NCBI GenBank assembly: GCA_016928575.1
Contig: JAFGKK010000012.1
Span: 7,245-71,244, forward strand
From: Anaerolineales bacterium
Lineage (GTDB): Bacteria; Chloroflexota; Anaerolineae; Anaerolineales; RBG-16-64-43
Length of the DNA stretch: 64,000 nucleotides
Reading direction: 5' to 3'
How positions within the stretch are numbered: the first letter of the stretch is position 1; each line of letters begins with the position of its first letter. The notes under the pieces are model-generated. The model was not told the DNA's origin and did not search any database. It worked only from the letters and a program-made list of their open reading frames with translations. Below, piece by piece: positions 27,181 through 37,599 of this stretch. The position numbers and the translations under genes were made by a program.

Positions 27181-28707
27181 TTAACCCAAGAAGACGGCAA
27201 ATCCGCTCGCCGCCGTCAGCAACAACGCGGCCGGGATCAGCAAACGTCGGATTACGTCCCCTTCCCTCAAGGAAACCCCCGCCGCGGCGGTTCCGACCCC
27301 GACCTTCGCCGGCGAGAGCACGGAACCCACGGCGCCTCCGGCGGTCTGCGCCGCCAGGAGGATCTTTTCCTCCGCGCCGATCGTCCGAGCTACCTGCTGC
27401 TGCAGCGGGGCAAACAAAAGGTTGGAATTGGTGTTGCTCCCGGCGAGGAAAGCCCCGGCCGCGCCCAGCCACGGCGCGCAGGCGGGGAACGCGGCGCCGA
27501 GGGTAGCGGCCAGCCCGTCCGCCAAGCGCGCGGTCATCCCGGAATACGAAAGCATCGTCGAGATCCCGGTCATCAGCAGGATTCCGGCCGAGGCCGGAAG
27601 CGCCCGGCCGAAGGTCGTTCGGAGGATCTTTCCCGCCGCATCCGGAGGATACCAGCGCCGCGCGGAAAACGCGAGGAACACGGCGAGCGAGGCATACAGC
27701 AACAGGGTCCCGGGGTGCGCCAGCGGCGCAATCCGGAGCACCTCGCCGGCGGCGGTTTCGTGCCCGAGCGCGGTCGCCGCCGCCGGAAGCGAAAACCGCA
27801 TTTGCCAGGATTCCAGCGCGTCGCGCAGGGGGCCGATCCATCGCGCGCACAGCACGATCGCCGCCAGCAGGACGTAGCCCGATAATCCCATGAGAAATTT
27901 GCTGTCCCGTTTTCCAGGCGCCGGGGCGTCCCTCCCGCGCATCAGCCGCCCGGCGGCAAGCAGGACGAGTATCCCAACCAAACCGCCTCCCAGCGAAGCC
28001 ATCTGCCAAAAGCCGGACGCCGCCAGGAAATACTGCATTCCGGCCATCGCCGATCCGGCAAGGAGGATAACGGGCGACAGGCGCAGGAATTCACCCTTCG
28101 CGGCGACCGACGCGCCAATCAGGAAGCCCGTCAGCAAACACAATATTCCGAGAACTGCGGCCGACGGCGCCGCCAGCGCTTCACATCCCAACCCGCTGGC
28201 CGACATCAGCGCCTGGAAGGATGCCCCGAGCGATCCGAAGGTTACCGCCCAGCCATGCCCGAGGAAAGGAAGCACCACCGCATGGATCGGGGAGAAGCCG
28301 GACGCGACCATCAGCGGAGCCGTGACCACCACCGGAACGCCGAACCCTCCCGCGCCTTGCAGAAAGGAGGCAAAGGCCCAAGCCAGGAGCAGTCCGCGCA
28401 GGCTTTTCCGGGGAACGGCGTCCGCCAAGCCGTCCCCGACGGCCCGGATGATCCCGGCCTCCGAACAGACCGAATAGAACAACAGCGCCCCCCAGACGAT
28501 GGGCAGGACGTCCAGCGCCAACAACAGCGCTTTGGCTTGTGAGACGGCGAGGGTCGCGGATCCTGCTTCAAAAGCCGCCGCCGCAAGCGCAAGGGTCAAG
28601 CACCAAACGGCGAGGCCGGTTCGGATCAGGTTCCAGCGCAATCCCGCGATCAGCAGGAGGATGGCCAGAAGCGGAGACGCGGACAAGAGGATCCGCCAAG
28701 TATCCAT
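27181..28707 (-). CDS. lctP: L-lactate (LctP/GlcA family) permease
   Basis: 508 aa and polytopic. FLQGAGGFGVPVVVTAPLMV...TFGSLG matches the LctP signature FLEGAAGFGTPVA...AFGA.G. Confidence 0.8.
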   Translation of the reverse strand: MDTWRILLSASPLLAILLLIAGLRWNLIRTGLAVWCLTLALAAAAFEAGSATLAVSQAKALLLALDVLPIVWGALLFYSVCSEAGIIRAVGDGLADAVPRKSLRGLLLAWAFASFLQGAGGFGVPVVVTAPLMVASGFSPIHAVVLPFLGHGWAVTFGSLGASFQALMSASGLGCEALAAPSAAVLGILCLLTGFLIGASVAAKGEFLRLSPVILLAGSAMAGMQYFLAASGFWQMASLGGGLVGILVLLAAGRLMRGRDAPAPGKRDSKFLMGLSGYVLLAAIVLCARWIGPLRDALESWQMRFSLPAAATALGHETAAGEVLRIAPLAHPGTLLLYASLAVFLAFSARRWYPPDAAGKILRTTFGRALPASAGILLMTGISTMLSYSGMTARLADGLAATLGAAFPACAPWLGAAGAFLAGSNTNSNLLFAPLQQQVARTIGAEEKILLAAQTAGGAVGSVLSPAKVGVGTAAAGVSLREGDVIRRLLIPAALLLTAASGFAVFLG

Positions 28708-28915
28708 GGTTGCGGCAGGGAAGGGCCGTTCTCCTATCGGCTGGGTGTTAAGGAAAGGTTAAAACGGGCGCGGCGTAGGGCATTCGTAGGTTTTCCGTCG
28801 GACATCGAGCATGCATTTTTTCGACGGATGTGTTAATCTACATAACAGAAGGGCAATTCTCTCTTCTTCTCCTCCTTTTCGAGAGCCGGGGTCGGCGTCC
28901 CCGGCTCTTGTGATT

Positions 28916-31738
28916 CTACTCGGAGGAGGCGGCCGGCCGCCGCGCATTCGAACCCCGGCGGAAGATCCCCTTCATCAACTCGGCGGCAAGCGACGAGGCC
29001 AAGGCGAAGGGGAACAAAACCAGCCAATCCTGCAGGTCGAGCGCGACGGTGTTGAAAATCGGGTCGAAAAAGGGGATGTAGATCACCGCCAAGAGGAGCA
29101 GCAGAGAGCTCACGACCGCGGCCTGCATCCACCGGTTGGTGAACAACCCGATCTGGAACACGGACATGCGCTCGGAGCGAACGGTGTACGCCCGCAGCAG
29201 TTCGGAGAGGACCAGCGTGGCGAACGCCACCGTTTGGGCGCCTGCCAGGTTCCCAGGATACCGTTGCAGCCCGTACAGGAACGCGCTTAACACCGCCGCC
29301 GTCATCACCAAAGCCTGAACCGCGATGCCCGCCGTCATCTCGCGGTTGATGATCGGCTCCTTCGGCGGCCGAGGCGGTCGCCGCATCACGTCCGGTTCGC
29401 CTTTCTCCATCCCCAGCGCCAGCGCGGGCGCGCCGTCGGTCACCAGGTTCAGCCACAGCAGTTGGATCGGCCGGAGGGGCAAAGGAAGCCCGCCGACCAT
29501 GGAAAACAGGACGATCAGGATCTCCCCGATGTTGCAGGAGATCAGATAGTAGACGAATTTCCGGATGTTGGAATAAATGATCCGGCCTTCCTCGATCGCC
29601 GAAACGATGCTGACGTAGTTGTCGTCGGTCAGCACCATGTCGGCGGTCTCCTTCGAGACGTCGGTGCCGGTGATCCCCATTGCGATCCCGATATCCGAGC
29701 GTTTCAGGGCCGGGGCGTCGTTCACCCCGTCGCCGGTCATCGCCACCACATGGCCGCGGGATTTCAAGGCCTCGACGATCTTGACCTTGTGCTGGGGCGA
29801 AACCCTGGCATACACGCCGACCCGCTCGGCCCGATCCGAGATTTCGGCGTCGCTCAGCGCATCCAGCTCCGAGCCCGGCAGCACCTCCTGCCCCTTTCCG
29901 AGGAGGTTGATCTGCTCGCCGATCGCCCGCGCCGTGTCGGGGTAGTCGCCGGTCACCATCACCGTCCGCAATCCGGCTGCGCGGGCGGTGCGGATCGCAG
30001 CCGCGACTTCCGGCCGCGGCGGATCGATCATCCCCAGCATGCCGACGAACACCATCTCCCGTTCCAGCCCCTCCGCATCCTCGGTATCGGGTTTTTCGGA
30101 TAACGACCGGCAGGCCACGCTGAGGACCCTCAGGGCGCGCCGCGCCATGCCGTGGTTGGCGTCCAGCACCGCCTGCTTCCGCTCGGGCGTCAGCGGCACA
30201 TCGCTTCCGTCTTCCCGGATCCGGGTACACAGATCCAGGACGACGTCCGGCGCCCCCTTCATGAAAGCAATCCAGCCGGAACCGTCCTTTCCCCGGACGG
30301 GATGAATCGTCGTCATGCGCTTGCGCGCCGAGTCGAACGGGACCTCGCCCGCCCGGGGGGCTTCCCGTTCGAGCGCTTCGCGTTGCAGACCCGCCTTCGC
30401 CGCCGCAACCAGCAGGGCCCCCTCGGTCGGATCGCCGATCATGCGCCAGGTTTTCTCGCCTTCGGATTCGCCGCTTTCCTCGAGCCGCGCGTCGTTGCAC
30501 AGCGCTGCCCCCCGCAGGAGCAGGAACGCATCCGGATCGCGGGCCGGCTCGAACGCCGATTCTCCCCGGCGGTAGCAGCCCTCGGTCAGGCAGGCCGTGC
30601 CCTCGACGGTGAACTCGGCCCGGCTCACCCAGCCGTGGGTGACGGCCATCTCGTTTTGGGTGAGGGTTCCGGTCTTGTCGGAGCAGATCACCGTCGCGCT
30701 GCCCAGCGTTTCCACCGCCGCCAGCTTGCGGATCAGCGCGTGCCGGCCGACCATCCGCTGCATCCCGAGCGCCAGGCAGATCGTCACCACCGCCGGCAGT
30801 CCTTCCGGCACGGCCGCGATCGCCAGGCTGACCGCGGTCATGAACAATTCGACGATCTCGGATCGGTGGGCGGCCAGGTAGGCCCCGACGCCCTGGGCGA
30901 GGATCACTCCCGGGGAGGTGTCGCGGAGGATGCCGTACAGGAAGATCCCCCCGCAGATCGCCAGCGCCGCCACGCCCAGCGTGCGCGCCAGGTCGTCCAA
31001 CCTCCGCTGCAGCGGGGTCGGCTCCTCCTCGTAGGTTTGCAGCATCTGGGCGATCATGCCGATTTGGGTGTGCATCCCCGTCGCCACGACCAATCCGCGC
31101 CCGCGCCCGTAGGTGATCATCGAACTCATGAAGGCCGAGTTGGTCCGGTCGCCGATGGGAATGTCTTTGTCCAGCACCACCCCCGAATCCTTGTGGACCG
31201 GCTGGGATTCTCCGGTCAGCGCGGATTCGTCGATCTTCAGGTTGACGCTTTCCACCAAGCGCAGGTCGGCGGGAACGTAGTTGCCCGCCTCGAGCAGGAC
31301 AATGTCGCCGGGAACCAGCTCGCGCGAGGGGATCAGCATCTGCGCGCCGTCCCGGACAATCATTGCGTTCGGGGCCGCCATCTTGCGCAATGCGGCCAGG
31401 GCTTTCTCCGCCCGCGATTCCTGAACCACGCCCAAAACGGCGTTGAGGACGACGATCGCCAGGATCGCCGCTGCGTCCACGTACTCTCCCAGGAGCATGG
31501 ACACCCCGGCGGCCACGATCAGCAGCATGATCAGGAAGTTGTTGAATTGCGCCAGGAGCAGATGCAGGAAGCCGGGCCGGGGCCGTTCCTTAAGCTCGTT
31601 CGGGCCGACCTTCTCCAACCGTTCCCGGGCCTGATCGGCGCCGAGGCCTTTGTGAATGTGGGTGTCGAGTTGGTTGACAAGGTCCTCGACGCTGTTGGAG
31701 TGGATTTCCTGAGCTTTGGGGGGAGTTATCTCGGTCAA
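28916..31738 (-). CDS. P-type (P2A, Ca2+-type) cation-transporting ATPase
   Basis: [17 protein letters not shown] phosphorylation site, [18 protein letters not shown], 10-TM architecture. TTG start, with no in-frame ATG nearby. Confidence 0.95.
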   Translation of the reverse strand: MTEITPPKAQEIHSNSVEDLVNQLDTHIHKGLGADQARERLEKVGPNELKERPRPGFLHLLLAQFNNFLIMLLIVAAGVSMLLGEYVDAAAILAIVVLNAVLGVVQESRAEKALAALRKMAAPNAMIVRDGAQMLIPSRELVPGDIVLLEAGNYVPADLRLVESVNLKIDESALTGESQPVHKDSGVVLDKDIPIGDRTNSAFMSSMITYGRGRGLVVATGMHTQIGMIAQMLQTYEEEPTPLQRRLDDLARTLGVAALAICGGIFLYGILRDTSPGVILAQGVGAYLAAHRSEIVELFMTAVSLAIAAVPEGLPAVVTICLALGMQRMVGRHALIRKLAAVETLGSATVICSDKTGTLTQNEMAVTHGWVSRAEFTVEGTACLTEGCYRRGESAFEPARDPDAFLLLRGAALCNDARLEESGESEGEKTWRMIGDPTEGALLVAAAKAGLQREALEREAPRAGEVPFDSARKRMTTIHPVRGKDGSGWIAFMKGAPDVVLDLCTRIREDGSDVPLTPERKQAVLDANHGMARRALRVLSVACRSLSEKPDTEDAEGLEREMVFVGMLGMIDPPRPEVAAAIRTARAAGLRTVMVTGDYPDTARAIGEQINLLGKGQEVLPGSELDALSDAEISDRAERVGVYARVSPQHKVKIVEALKSRGHVVAMTGDGVNDAPALKRSDIGIAMGITGTDVSKETADMVLTDDNYVSIVSAIEEGRIIYSNIRKFVYYLISCNIGEILIVLFSMVGGLPLPLRPIQLLWLNLVTDGAPALALGMEKGEPDVMRRPPRPPKEPIINREMTAGIAVQALVMTAAVLSAFLYGLQRYPGNLAGAQTVAFATLVLSELLRAYTVRSERMSVFQIGLFTNRWMQAAVVSSLLLLLAVIYIPFFDPIFNTVALDLQDWLVLFPFALASSLAAELMKGIFRRGSNARRPAASSE

Positions 31739-32122
31739 GGATCGTTAAGCCGCCTTTCTGGAAAGTTCGTCAAAACGGATTCCCGTCGGTCGGAAGCCCG
31801 CCGTTTTCGGGCGCATATTCTACTCTACGCAGGGATTGTATCATCGGATGCGCCCTTCGATCCGGCCGGCGGATCGGAACAGGGAGATTGCGGTAACGGT
31901 TGACGCATCCGCCCGGTTTGGGTGGAGGAATCCGCGGCGGCGGATAGGGGATGAGTTTTTTTCGAAAGGCAACCGTTCGGGGGAAGTAAGCCGGCCGGTT
32001 TCTGCCAAATGGAATGCGGGTTTCGTATTCGAAGCAGAAAAGAACGCCGGCATGGAATACTTCCCTCGGCGGCCTTCGCATCCCTGCGGCGAAAATGCGC
32101 TCCATCCTTCCGGCGTCGTTCT

Positions 32123-32131
32123 TGCTATAAT
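32123..32131 (+). promoter_or_regulatory. Extended -10 TGcTATAAT 7 nt upstream of the murJ ATG (leaderless-type)
   Basis: cttgcTATAATcccgctcATG. Confidence 0.45.
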
Positions 32132-32138
32132 CCCGCTC

Positions 32139-33713
32139 ATGGCCCCGACCGCCGCCCCCACCCGATCCATCCGCCGCTCCGCCCTGGTGGTCATGATCGG
32201 CCTGGCTCTTTCACAGGCCGTCGGGCTGATTCGAAGCATCGTCGTCGCGCACGCCTTCGGCACCGGCGCGGATTACGATTCGTTCGTCGCGGCCAACCGG
32301 CTGCCGGAGTTCCTCTTCAACCTGATGGCCGGCGGCGCGCTGGCGTCGGCCTTCATCCCCACCTACACCGCGTTCCTAATCGAGGACAAGCGCCGGCAAG
32401 CCGACCTTCTGGCCTCGGCCGTCGGCAGTTGGGTGTTCGTCCTGCTGGCGGCGGTTTCCGGGCTGTGCGCCGTCTTCGCCGATCCGCTGGTCCGGTTCGT
32501 GATTGCGCCGGGATACACGGATCCGCCGCAGATTCACACGACCATCAGCCTGCTGCGGATCCTGCTGGTATGCCCGGCGGTCTTCGGGATCAGCGGGCTG
32601 GCGATGGGCATTCTCAACGCCCACCACCGCTTTTTCCTTTCGGCGCTGGCGCCGATGTTTTATTCGCTGGGCTGGATCGCCGGAACGCTGTGGCTCGCAC
32701 CGGCGCTGGGAATCTTCGGCCTGGCGTGGGGGGTGGTCGGGGGCGCGGTGATGCATCTCGCCGTGCAGCTGCCCGCGCTCGTCTCCCTGCGGCCGGCGTA
32801 CCGGTTCCTTCTCGAGACCGCCGACTCCGCATTGCGCAACGTTGCGCGGTTGATGGTTCCGCGGGCGGTCGGCCAATCCGCCATCCAATTGAATCTGCTG
32901 GTGAACACGATCCTCGCCTCCTCCCTGCCGGAGGGCAGTCAGTCCGCGATCGCGCTGGCCTTCGCCCTGATGCTGATGCCGGAGATTGCCGTGGCGCAGG
33001 CCGCCGGGACGGCGGCCTTCCCGACCCTCTCGGCCCAGGCCGGCCGCGGGGAAATCGATCTGCTGCGCCGGACCGTCGCCTCGGTCCTGCGGGGGATCTT
33101 TTTCCTCGCCCTGCCGGCCGCGGCCGGATTGATCCTGCTCGGGCGGCCGATCGTCCGGATGATTTTCGAGCGCGGCGCCTTCGACTCCCGCTCCACCGAC
33201 ATGGTGGCCTGGGCCCTGGCATTCTTTGCCATCGGCCTGGTGGCGCATTCGCTGCTGGAAGTCCTCAACCGCACGTTCTTCGCCATGCAGGATACGGCCA
33301 CTCCCGTCGCGGTCAGCATCGGCGGAATGGCGCTGAACGTCGCGCTGAGTCTTCTGCTGATCTCCCTGTTTCCGCGCCTGGGCTGGATGCCGCACGGCGG
33401 ATTGGCGCTGGCGAATTCGCTGGCGACAATCGCCGAAATGTCGGCCCTGATCCTCCTGTTGCGCCGGCGGATCCGGCGGTTGATGGACCGCACGGCGTGG
33501 CTGAGCCTCGCACGCACCGCGCTCGCCTCGGCGGTCATGGCCGCGGCGCTCTGGATATGGATCGGCGCCGCCGGACACTTGTCGGTTTGGATTCAGGGCT
33601 TGGGAGGGCTTCTGGCCGGGACGGGCATATTCGGGGCGGCCAGCCTTCTCATCGGTTCGCCGGAAGCGCGGGGCGCATTGCGCTCCCTGCAATCGAAGTT
33701 CCTACACCGCTAA
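32139..33713 (+). CDS. murJ: Lipid II flippase MurJ
   Basis: N-terminus GLIRSIVVAHAFGTGADYDSFVAANRLPEFLFNLMAGGALASAFIP is typical MurJ/MviN. 524 aa from the ATG at 32139. Confidence 0.9.
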   Translation: MAPTAAPTRSIRRSALVVMIGLALSQAVGLIRSIVVAHAFGTGADYDSFVAANRLPEFLFNLMAGGALASAFIPTYTAFLIEDKRRQADLLASAVGSWVFVLLAAVSGLCAVFADPLVRFVIAPGYTDPPQIHTTISLLRILLVCPAVFGISGLAMGILNAHHRFFLSALAPMFYSLGWIAGTLWLAPALGIFGLAWGVVGGAVMHLAVQLPALVSLRPAYRFLLETADSALRNVARLMVPRAVGQSAIQLNLLVNTILASSLPEGSQSAIALAFALMLMPEIAVAQAAGTAAFPTLSAQAGRGEIDLLRRTVASVLRGIFFLALPAAAGLILLGRPIVRMIFERGAFDSRSTDMVAWALAFFAIGLVAHSLLEVLNRTFFAMQDTATPVAVSIGGMALNVALSLLLISLFPRLGWMPHGGLALANSLATIAEMSALILLLRRRIRRLMDRTAWLSLARTALASAVMAAALWIWIGAAGHLSVWIQGLGGLLAGTGIFGAASLLIGSPEARGALRSLQSKFLHR

Positions 33714-33868
33714 GACGCCAAACGCCCACAATCCTCATTCCCCCTTTCTCCGTCGGCGTTCCTTCAACGATCCCCTCGCCCGGGCAGGCGATCGATCCTG
33801 CAGTTAATTCGCCTTTCGCCTTTGTGCCGCAAATGATGAAAAAGGGCCGTGGAATCCGGCGGAGCGGT

Positions 33869-34315
33869 TCACCAACCCGCATCGGCCATCATCAACACGG
33901 CGACGGTGACCCCGACAACCGTGCCGACGATCACTTCGCCCGGCGTGTGTCCGAGCAATTCCTTCAGGTTTTCCTCCTTTAAGGGGTGGCCGTGGGCCAG
34001 ATCGTCGATGATGGCGTTGATCACCCGCGCGTGCTCCCCCGCCTGGCGCCGGACTCCCGCCGCGTCGTACAGCACGATCATGCAGATCGCCACGCTGAGG
34101 GCGAAGACCGGCGAGTCGAATCCCAACAGCGCCCCGATGGAGGTCGTCGCCGCGACGATCACGGCCGAATGGGTGGACGGCATGCCGCCCGCGCTGAAAA
34201 ACCAGTGCCACCCCCATTCCCGCGTGCGCAGATATTGGATGAACGGCTTGCTGGATTGCGCGATCAACCACGCGACCAACACGCAATGCAACACCCGGTT
34301 CTGCAGTATCTCCAT
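33869..34315 (-). CDS. Divergent PAP2 (DUF212, acid phosphatase/haloperoxidase-related) membrane protein
   Basis: [11 protein letters not shown] and LGHTPGEV motifs. 148 aa from the ATG at 34315. Confidence 0.8.
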   Translation of the reverse strand: MEILQNRVLHCVLVAWLIAQSSKPFIQYLRTREWGWHWFFSAGGMPSTHSAVIVAATTSIGALLGFDSPVFALSVAICMIVLYDAAGVRRQAGEHARVINAIIDDLAHGHPLKEENLKELLGHTPGEVIVGTVVGVTVAVLMMADAGW

Positions 34316-34334
34316 GGTTCGCCGAATGCTCCCG

Positions 34335-34571
34335 TCAATCTGGCTGAGTGGATTCCGCGGCGGCCTTTCCCAATTCCCGGATCCGCAATTCCGCCTTCTC
34401 AAGCAGATCCGAGCAGGTTTTCGCCAGGGCTTGGCCCCGTTCGTACAGCGTCAGGGCGTCTTCCAGGGGCAGGTCGCCGGCTTCGAGTTTGGCGACGATC
34501 TCCTGCAGTTCGGAAAATGATTTCTCATAGCTCGGTCCCCGGTCCGGGGATTTTTTCGATTTGGGGGGCAT
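34335..34571 (-). CDS. xseB: Exodeoxyribonuclease VII small subunit
   Basis: 78 aa. [32 protein letters not shown] is the XseB signature. Confidence 0.85.
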   Translation of the reverse strand: MPPKSKKSPDRGPSYEKSFSELQEIVAKLEAGDLPLEDALTLYERGQALAKTCSDLLEKAELRIRELGKAAAESTQPD

Positions 34572-34609
34572 TTCCAAGCTCCTTTGCGGCGCCGGCGGCG
34601 GCCTTCCGC

Positions 34610-35842
34610 TCAGCGGGCGGCCGCGGAATTTTCCGCGCCCTCCGAACGGGCGCGGAAGTCCCCGTCCTTCACCTGCACGCGAAGCATCGTCCCCGCCGGG
34701 GCGTGGACGACGGACCGCACCAGGCGGCCGTCGTCGGCCCGCCGCACCAAGGCATATCCGCGGTCGAGCACGCCCGCCGGCCCCATCCCTTCCAGCACCC
34801 GCGCCAAACCCTGCAAAGCCGTGCGCCGGAGCGAGACCCGGTTGCGGATCGACGCTTCCGCCCGGCGCGTCAGTTCGTCGATCTGCTGGCGGATGTTTTG
34901 CAGGCGGTGGACCGGGGAGGCGCCGCGCATTCGGATCTCCGTCGAATACAGGAGTTCGCACTTCGCGCGCAGGGCGGATTCCACCGCCAGCGCAAGGCGC
35001 CGCCGGCTGCGGCGGATTTCCTGGACGAGGTCCGCCCGATCCGGGGAAACAAGCTCCGCCGCCGCGGAAGGAGTCGGCGCGCGCAAATCGGCCGCGAAAT
35101 CCGCCAGGGTGAAATCCGTCTCATGCCCCACTCCGGTAACGACGGGGGTTTGCATGGCGGCGACCGTCCGGACCAGCTCCTCGTCGTTGAACGCCCACAA
35201 ATCCTCGATGCTTCCGCCGCCGCGGACCAGCAAGACCACGTCCGCTTTGGCACGATCGGCCGCGCGCAGGGCTGAGCATAACCGCGGCGGGGCCTCCTCC
35301 CCCTGCACCACCGCGGGCGCGAACAGCACTTCGGCGAGGGGGAACCTGCGCGCCAGAACGGTCTGCACGTCGCGCCAGGCGGCGCCGATCGGCGAGGTGA
35401 CGACCGCGATTCGGGCCGGCCAGCGCGGAATCGGCCGCTTGCGCTGCGGATCGAACAAGCCTTCGGATTCCAATTTCGCCTTCAAGCGCAGGAATTCGGC
35501 GAACAATTCGCCCTGCCCGGCGAGCCGAAGGGTGTCGACATACAATTGATATTGGCCGCCGGCCTCGTAAAGGCTGATGCGCCCATGGGCTTCGACGGCC
35601 TCGCCTTCGCGCGGAGGCGGGATCCGCGCCGCCGCGTCGCGCCACATCACACAGCGCAGGGAGGCGGCGGAATCCTTTAGGGTGAAATACAAATGCCCTG
35701 AGGCCGGCCGCGATACGCCGGAAACCTCTCCGCCGACCCAAACGTCCTGCAGGAGGGGTTCGCGTTCCAGAGTGGAACGCGCCAACCGGTTGATTTGCGT
35801 GACCGTCAGACAGTCCGATCGGAAAAGGGAAAGTTGCTGCAT
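34610..35842 (-). CDS. xseA: Exodeoxyribonuclease VII large subunit
   Basis: OB-fold N-terminus (VWVGGEVSG...[10 protein letters not shown]), then catalytic and coiled-coil regions. 410 aa. Confidence 0.95.
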   Translation of the reverse strand: MQQLSLFRSDCLTVTQINRLARSTLEREPLLQDVWVGGEVSGVSRPASGHLYFTLKDSAASLRCVMWRDAAARIPPPREGEAVEAHGRISLYEAGGQYQLYVDTLRLAGQGELFAEFLRLKAKLESEGLFDPQRKRPIPRWPARIAVVTSPIGAAWRDVQTVLARRFPLAEVLFAPAVVQGEEAPPRLCSALRAADRAKADVVLLVRGGGSIEDLWAFNDEELVRTVAAMQTPVVTGVGHETDFTLADFAADLRAPTPSAAAELVSPDRADLVQEIRRSRRRLALAVESALRAKCELLYSTEIRMRGASPVHRLQNIRQQIDELTRRAEASIRNRVSLRRTALQGLARVLEGMGPAGVLDRGYALVRRADDGRLVRSVVHAPAGTMLRVQVKDGDFRARSEGAENSAAAR

Positions 35843-35864
35843 ACATCCGCCGTCTTGCTTTGCG

Positions 35865-35873
35865 ATTGTACCA
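35865..35873 (-). promoter_or_regulatory. Extended -10 TGgTACAAT upstream of xseA
   Basis: Minus-strand reading is attggTACAATcgc, 22 nt before the ATG. Confidence 0.4.
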
Positions 35874-35912
35874 ATTTTCCGGGCCGCGGCTTCCGCCGGA
35901 TCGGCGGGGGAT

Positions 35913-35943
35913 AAAAAAAAACCCCGCGGGAAGCGGGGTTTTT
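35913..35943 (-). terminator. Rho-independent terminator after the second ATP-grasp gene
   Basis: Minus-strand reading is aaaaaccccgc-ttccc-gcggggttttttttt: GC stem followed by a T9 run. Confidence 0.75.
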
Positions 35944-35957
35944 CCGGGGTCGGGCGG

Positions 35958-37001
35958 TCAGGCCATCGCCATCACCGATTCCGGAATTTCGGCCGGAATG
36001 GCGCTGCGGGCAACGGCCAGCTCAAGGATCCGCGCGATCGCCTGGCCGTAGTCGTATCCGGCCGCGCGCGCGGAGCGGGCGAATCCGCCCTCCATGGTGA
36101 TGTCGGGATTCGAGTTGACGTCCACCACGTAGGGGATTCCGTCGCGGACGCGCAGATCCACACGGCCGTAATCCCGCAATCTCAACGAGCGGTAGGTGCG
36201 CCGGCAGACGTTTTCGATCCGGCGCCGCAGTTCGTCCTCCAGCGGGGCCGGGCAGCGCACCGAGGTGAGCAGGTAGGCTTCGGATGCCGGATCCCACTTG
36301 GCGTCGTAGGAGCACAGCCGGTCGTGGTAATCAGGAAAGACGGAATAATCGATGCACGCCAGGGGAAGAACATCCAGCCGGTCGTTCCCCCACAGCGAGA
36401 CGTTGTATTCCGGTCCGTCGATGAAATCCTCCACCAAAGCCTTGCAATGGTACGTATCCAGCACGTACTCCACCCGCTTGCGGAGTTCGTCGGAAGAATC
36501 CACGACGGATTCGCGGGTGATGCCGAAGGAACAATGTTCGGTGGCGGGTTTGACCAGCGCCGGGAACCGGACCCAGCCGTTCCGCGCCGGGCGCGAATAC
36601 ACGGCGGCCTGCGGCGTCGGAATTCGATGGCGGCGGAGGATTTCCTTAGTGGTCACTTTGTCTTCGGTGATGTTCAGGCACCAAGCATCCGATCCGGTGT
36701 AGATGAATCCGAGCCGCTCAAGAATCGGCGGGATCGCATCGTAGGCGTTTGGTTCGCCGTCCAAGCCTTCACACCAATTGAAGATGATGCACTCTCTGGG
36801 GTTAAACCCTTGAAGGGCGCCTTCGATGTCGCGCCGAACGGGGATCGAAGTGACTTCCATGCCAAGCGACGTCAACCCGTACTTCATCCGGGTCACCGCT
36901 TGCTCGGCGGCTTCGATGTCCGCCGAAGTCCAATCGCTCATTACATTGTGAAGGATCAAGACCGAGTACGGATTGTAGATTTCTTTTGTCGATCGTCTCA
37001 T
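35958..37001 (-). CDS. Ddl-like ATP-grasp ligase (paralog 2)
   Basis: 347 aa. Ddl-type three-domain layout (..ERLGFIYTGSD...DKVTTKEIL...ALVKPATEHCSFGI...LVEDFIDGPEYNV...GRVDLRV...YVVDVNSNP). Lacks the canonical Ddl N-terminal GG.S.EHEVS motif. Confidence 0.85.
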   Translation of the reverse strand: MRRSTKEIYNPYSVLILHNVMSDWTSADIEAAEQAVTRMKYGLTSLGMEVTSIPVRRDIEGALQGFNPRECIIFNWCEGLDGEPNAYDAIPPILERLGFIYTGSDAWCLNITEDKVTTKEILRRHRIPTPQAAVYSRPARNGWVRFPALVKPATEHCSFGITRESVVDSSDELRKRVEYVLDTYHCKALVEDFIDGPEYNVSLWGNDRLDVLPLACIDYSVFPDYHDRLCSYDAKWDPASEAYLLTSVRCPAPLEDELRRRIENVCRRTYRSLRLRDYGRVDLRVRDGIPYVVDVNSNPDITMEGGFARSARAAGYDYGQAIARILELAVARSAIPAEIPESVMAMA

Positions 37002-37053
37002 GTCTCTCCTGTTTTTCCGCCGAAACGGATGAACGATCTCCTTTATGATTTTT

Positions 37054-37081
37054 ATTCTACATGACAAAACCGGGAAGTCAA
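37054..37081 (-). promoter_or_regulatory. Sigma70-like promoter TTGACT-16 nt-TAGAAT for ATP-grasp paralog 2
   Basis: Minus-strand reading is TTGACTtcccggttttgtcatgTAGAAT. A leader of about 45 nt contains aaaggag and acaggagag. Confidence 0.45.
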
Positions 37082-37378
37082 TGGGTTGAATCTTAAAGTT
37101 GCCTTTGGGCGCTTTTAACATTTCGCGCGGTTCGCGATGCGGTTTTGCTCCTTCCGCGGCGATGGAATAATTTTTTTTCTCGACTCCGCAGTGAAGTTCC
37201 GGATTTGCTCCGCGAAGGAAATATTTTTTCGGACCGGACGAAAAGAATTGGAGGAATCCACACGTATGAAAATATTTCTCCGCCCGAAGTCGTTCCTTTT
37301 AAAAAATCCGTATCTCCTCAGCCTCAGCAATATTGAAATGAAATCCTGCTCTTTTCCATCCTCACCCCTATCCCCTGG

Positions 37379-37422
37379 CCCCTTCCCCCTCTCCTGACAT
37401 AAGTCAGTAGAGGGGGAAGGGG
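37379..37422. repeat. Long hairpin ccccttccccctct(c)ctgac-ataa-gtcag(t)agagggggaagggg
   Basis: 14 + 5 bp of complementarity with one mismatch. Lies in the 598-bp gap inside the kamA cluster. Confidence 0.6.
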
Positions 37423-37480
37423 TTGAGGGGGTTGGAGGTGAGGAAAGGGCAAGGACGGGGGGCTGAGGAGATACAAAAAA

Positions 37481-37541
37481 CCCTTGGCGTCTTTGCGCCT
37501 TGGTGGTGGAACAAACCACCAAGGCGCAAAGACGCCAAGGG
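37481..37541. repeat. 27-bp perfect hairpin (cccttggcgtctttgcgccttggtggt / accaccaaggcgcaaagacgccaaggg)
   Basis: Arms 37481-37507 and 37515-37541 with a 7-nt loop. Sits about 60 nt downstream of the GNAT stop on the minus strand. Confidence 0.7.
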
Positions 37542-37599
37542 AATCAATCGAATGCGGGTTAAGGCCGGAGAAAAATGGGGCGAAGTGAAAAAACCACGG

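Noticed and set aside
28883-28907. Hairpin gagccgggg-tcggcgt-ccccggctc as the terminator of the P-type ATPase gene
   Set aside because: The stem is good at 9 bp. On the minus strand, however, it is followed by tcgaaaagg rather than a U-tract, so I cannot call it a rho-independent terminator.
28833-31903. 555-aa minus-strand ORF and 583-aa + strand ORF overlapping the P-type ATPase gene
   Set aside because: One is out of frame with, and the other antisense to, a gene carrying every P-type ATPase motif. Their translations are Arg/Gly/Pro-rich with no domain signatures.
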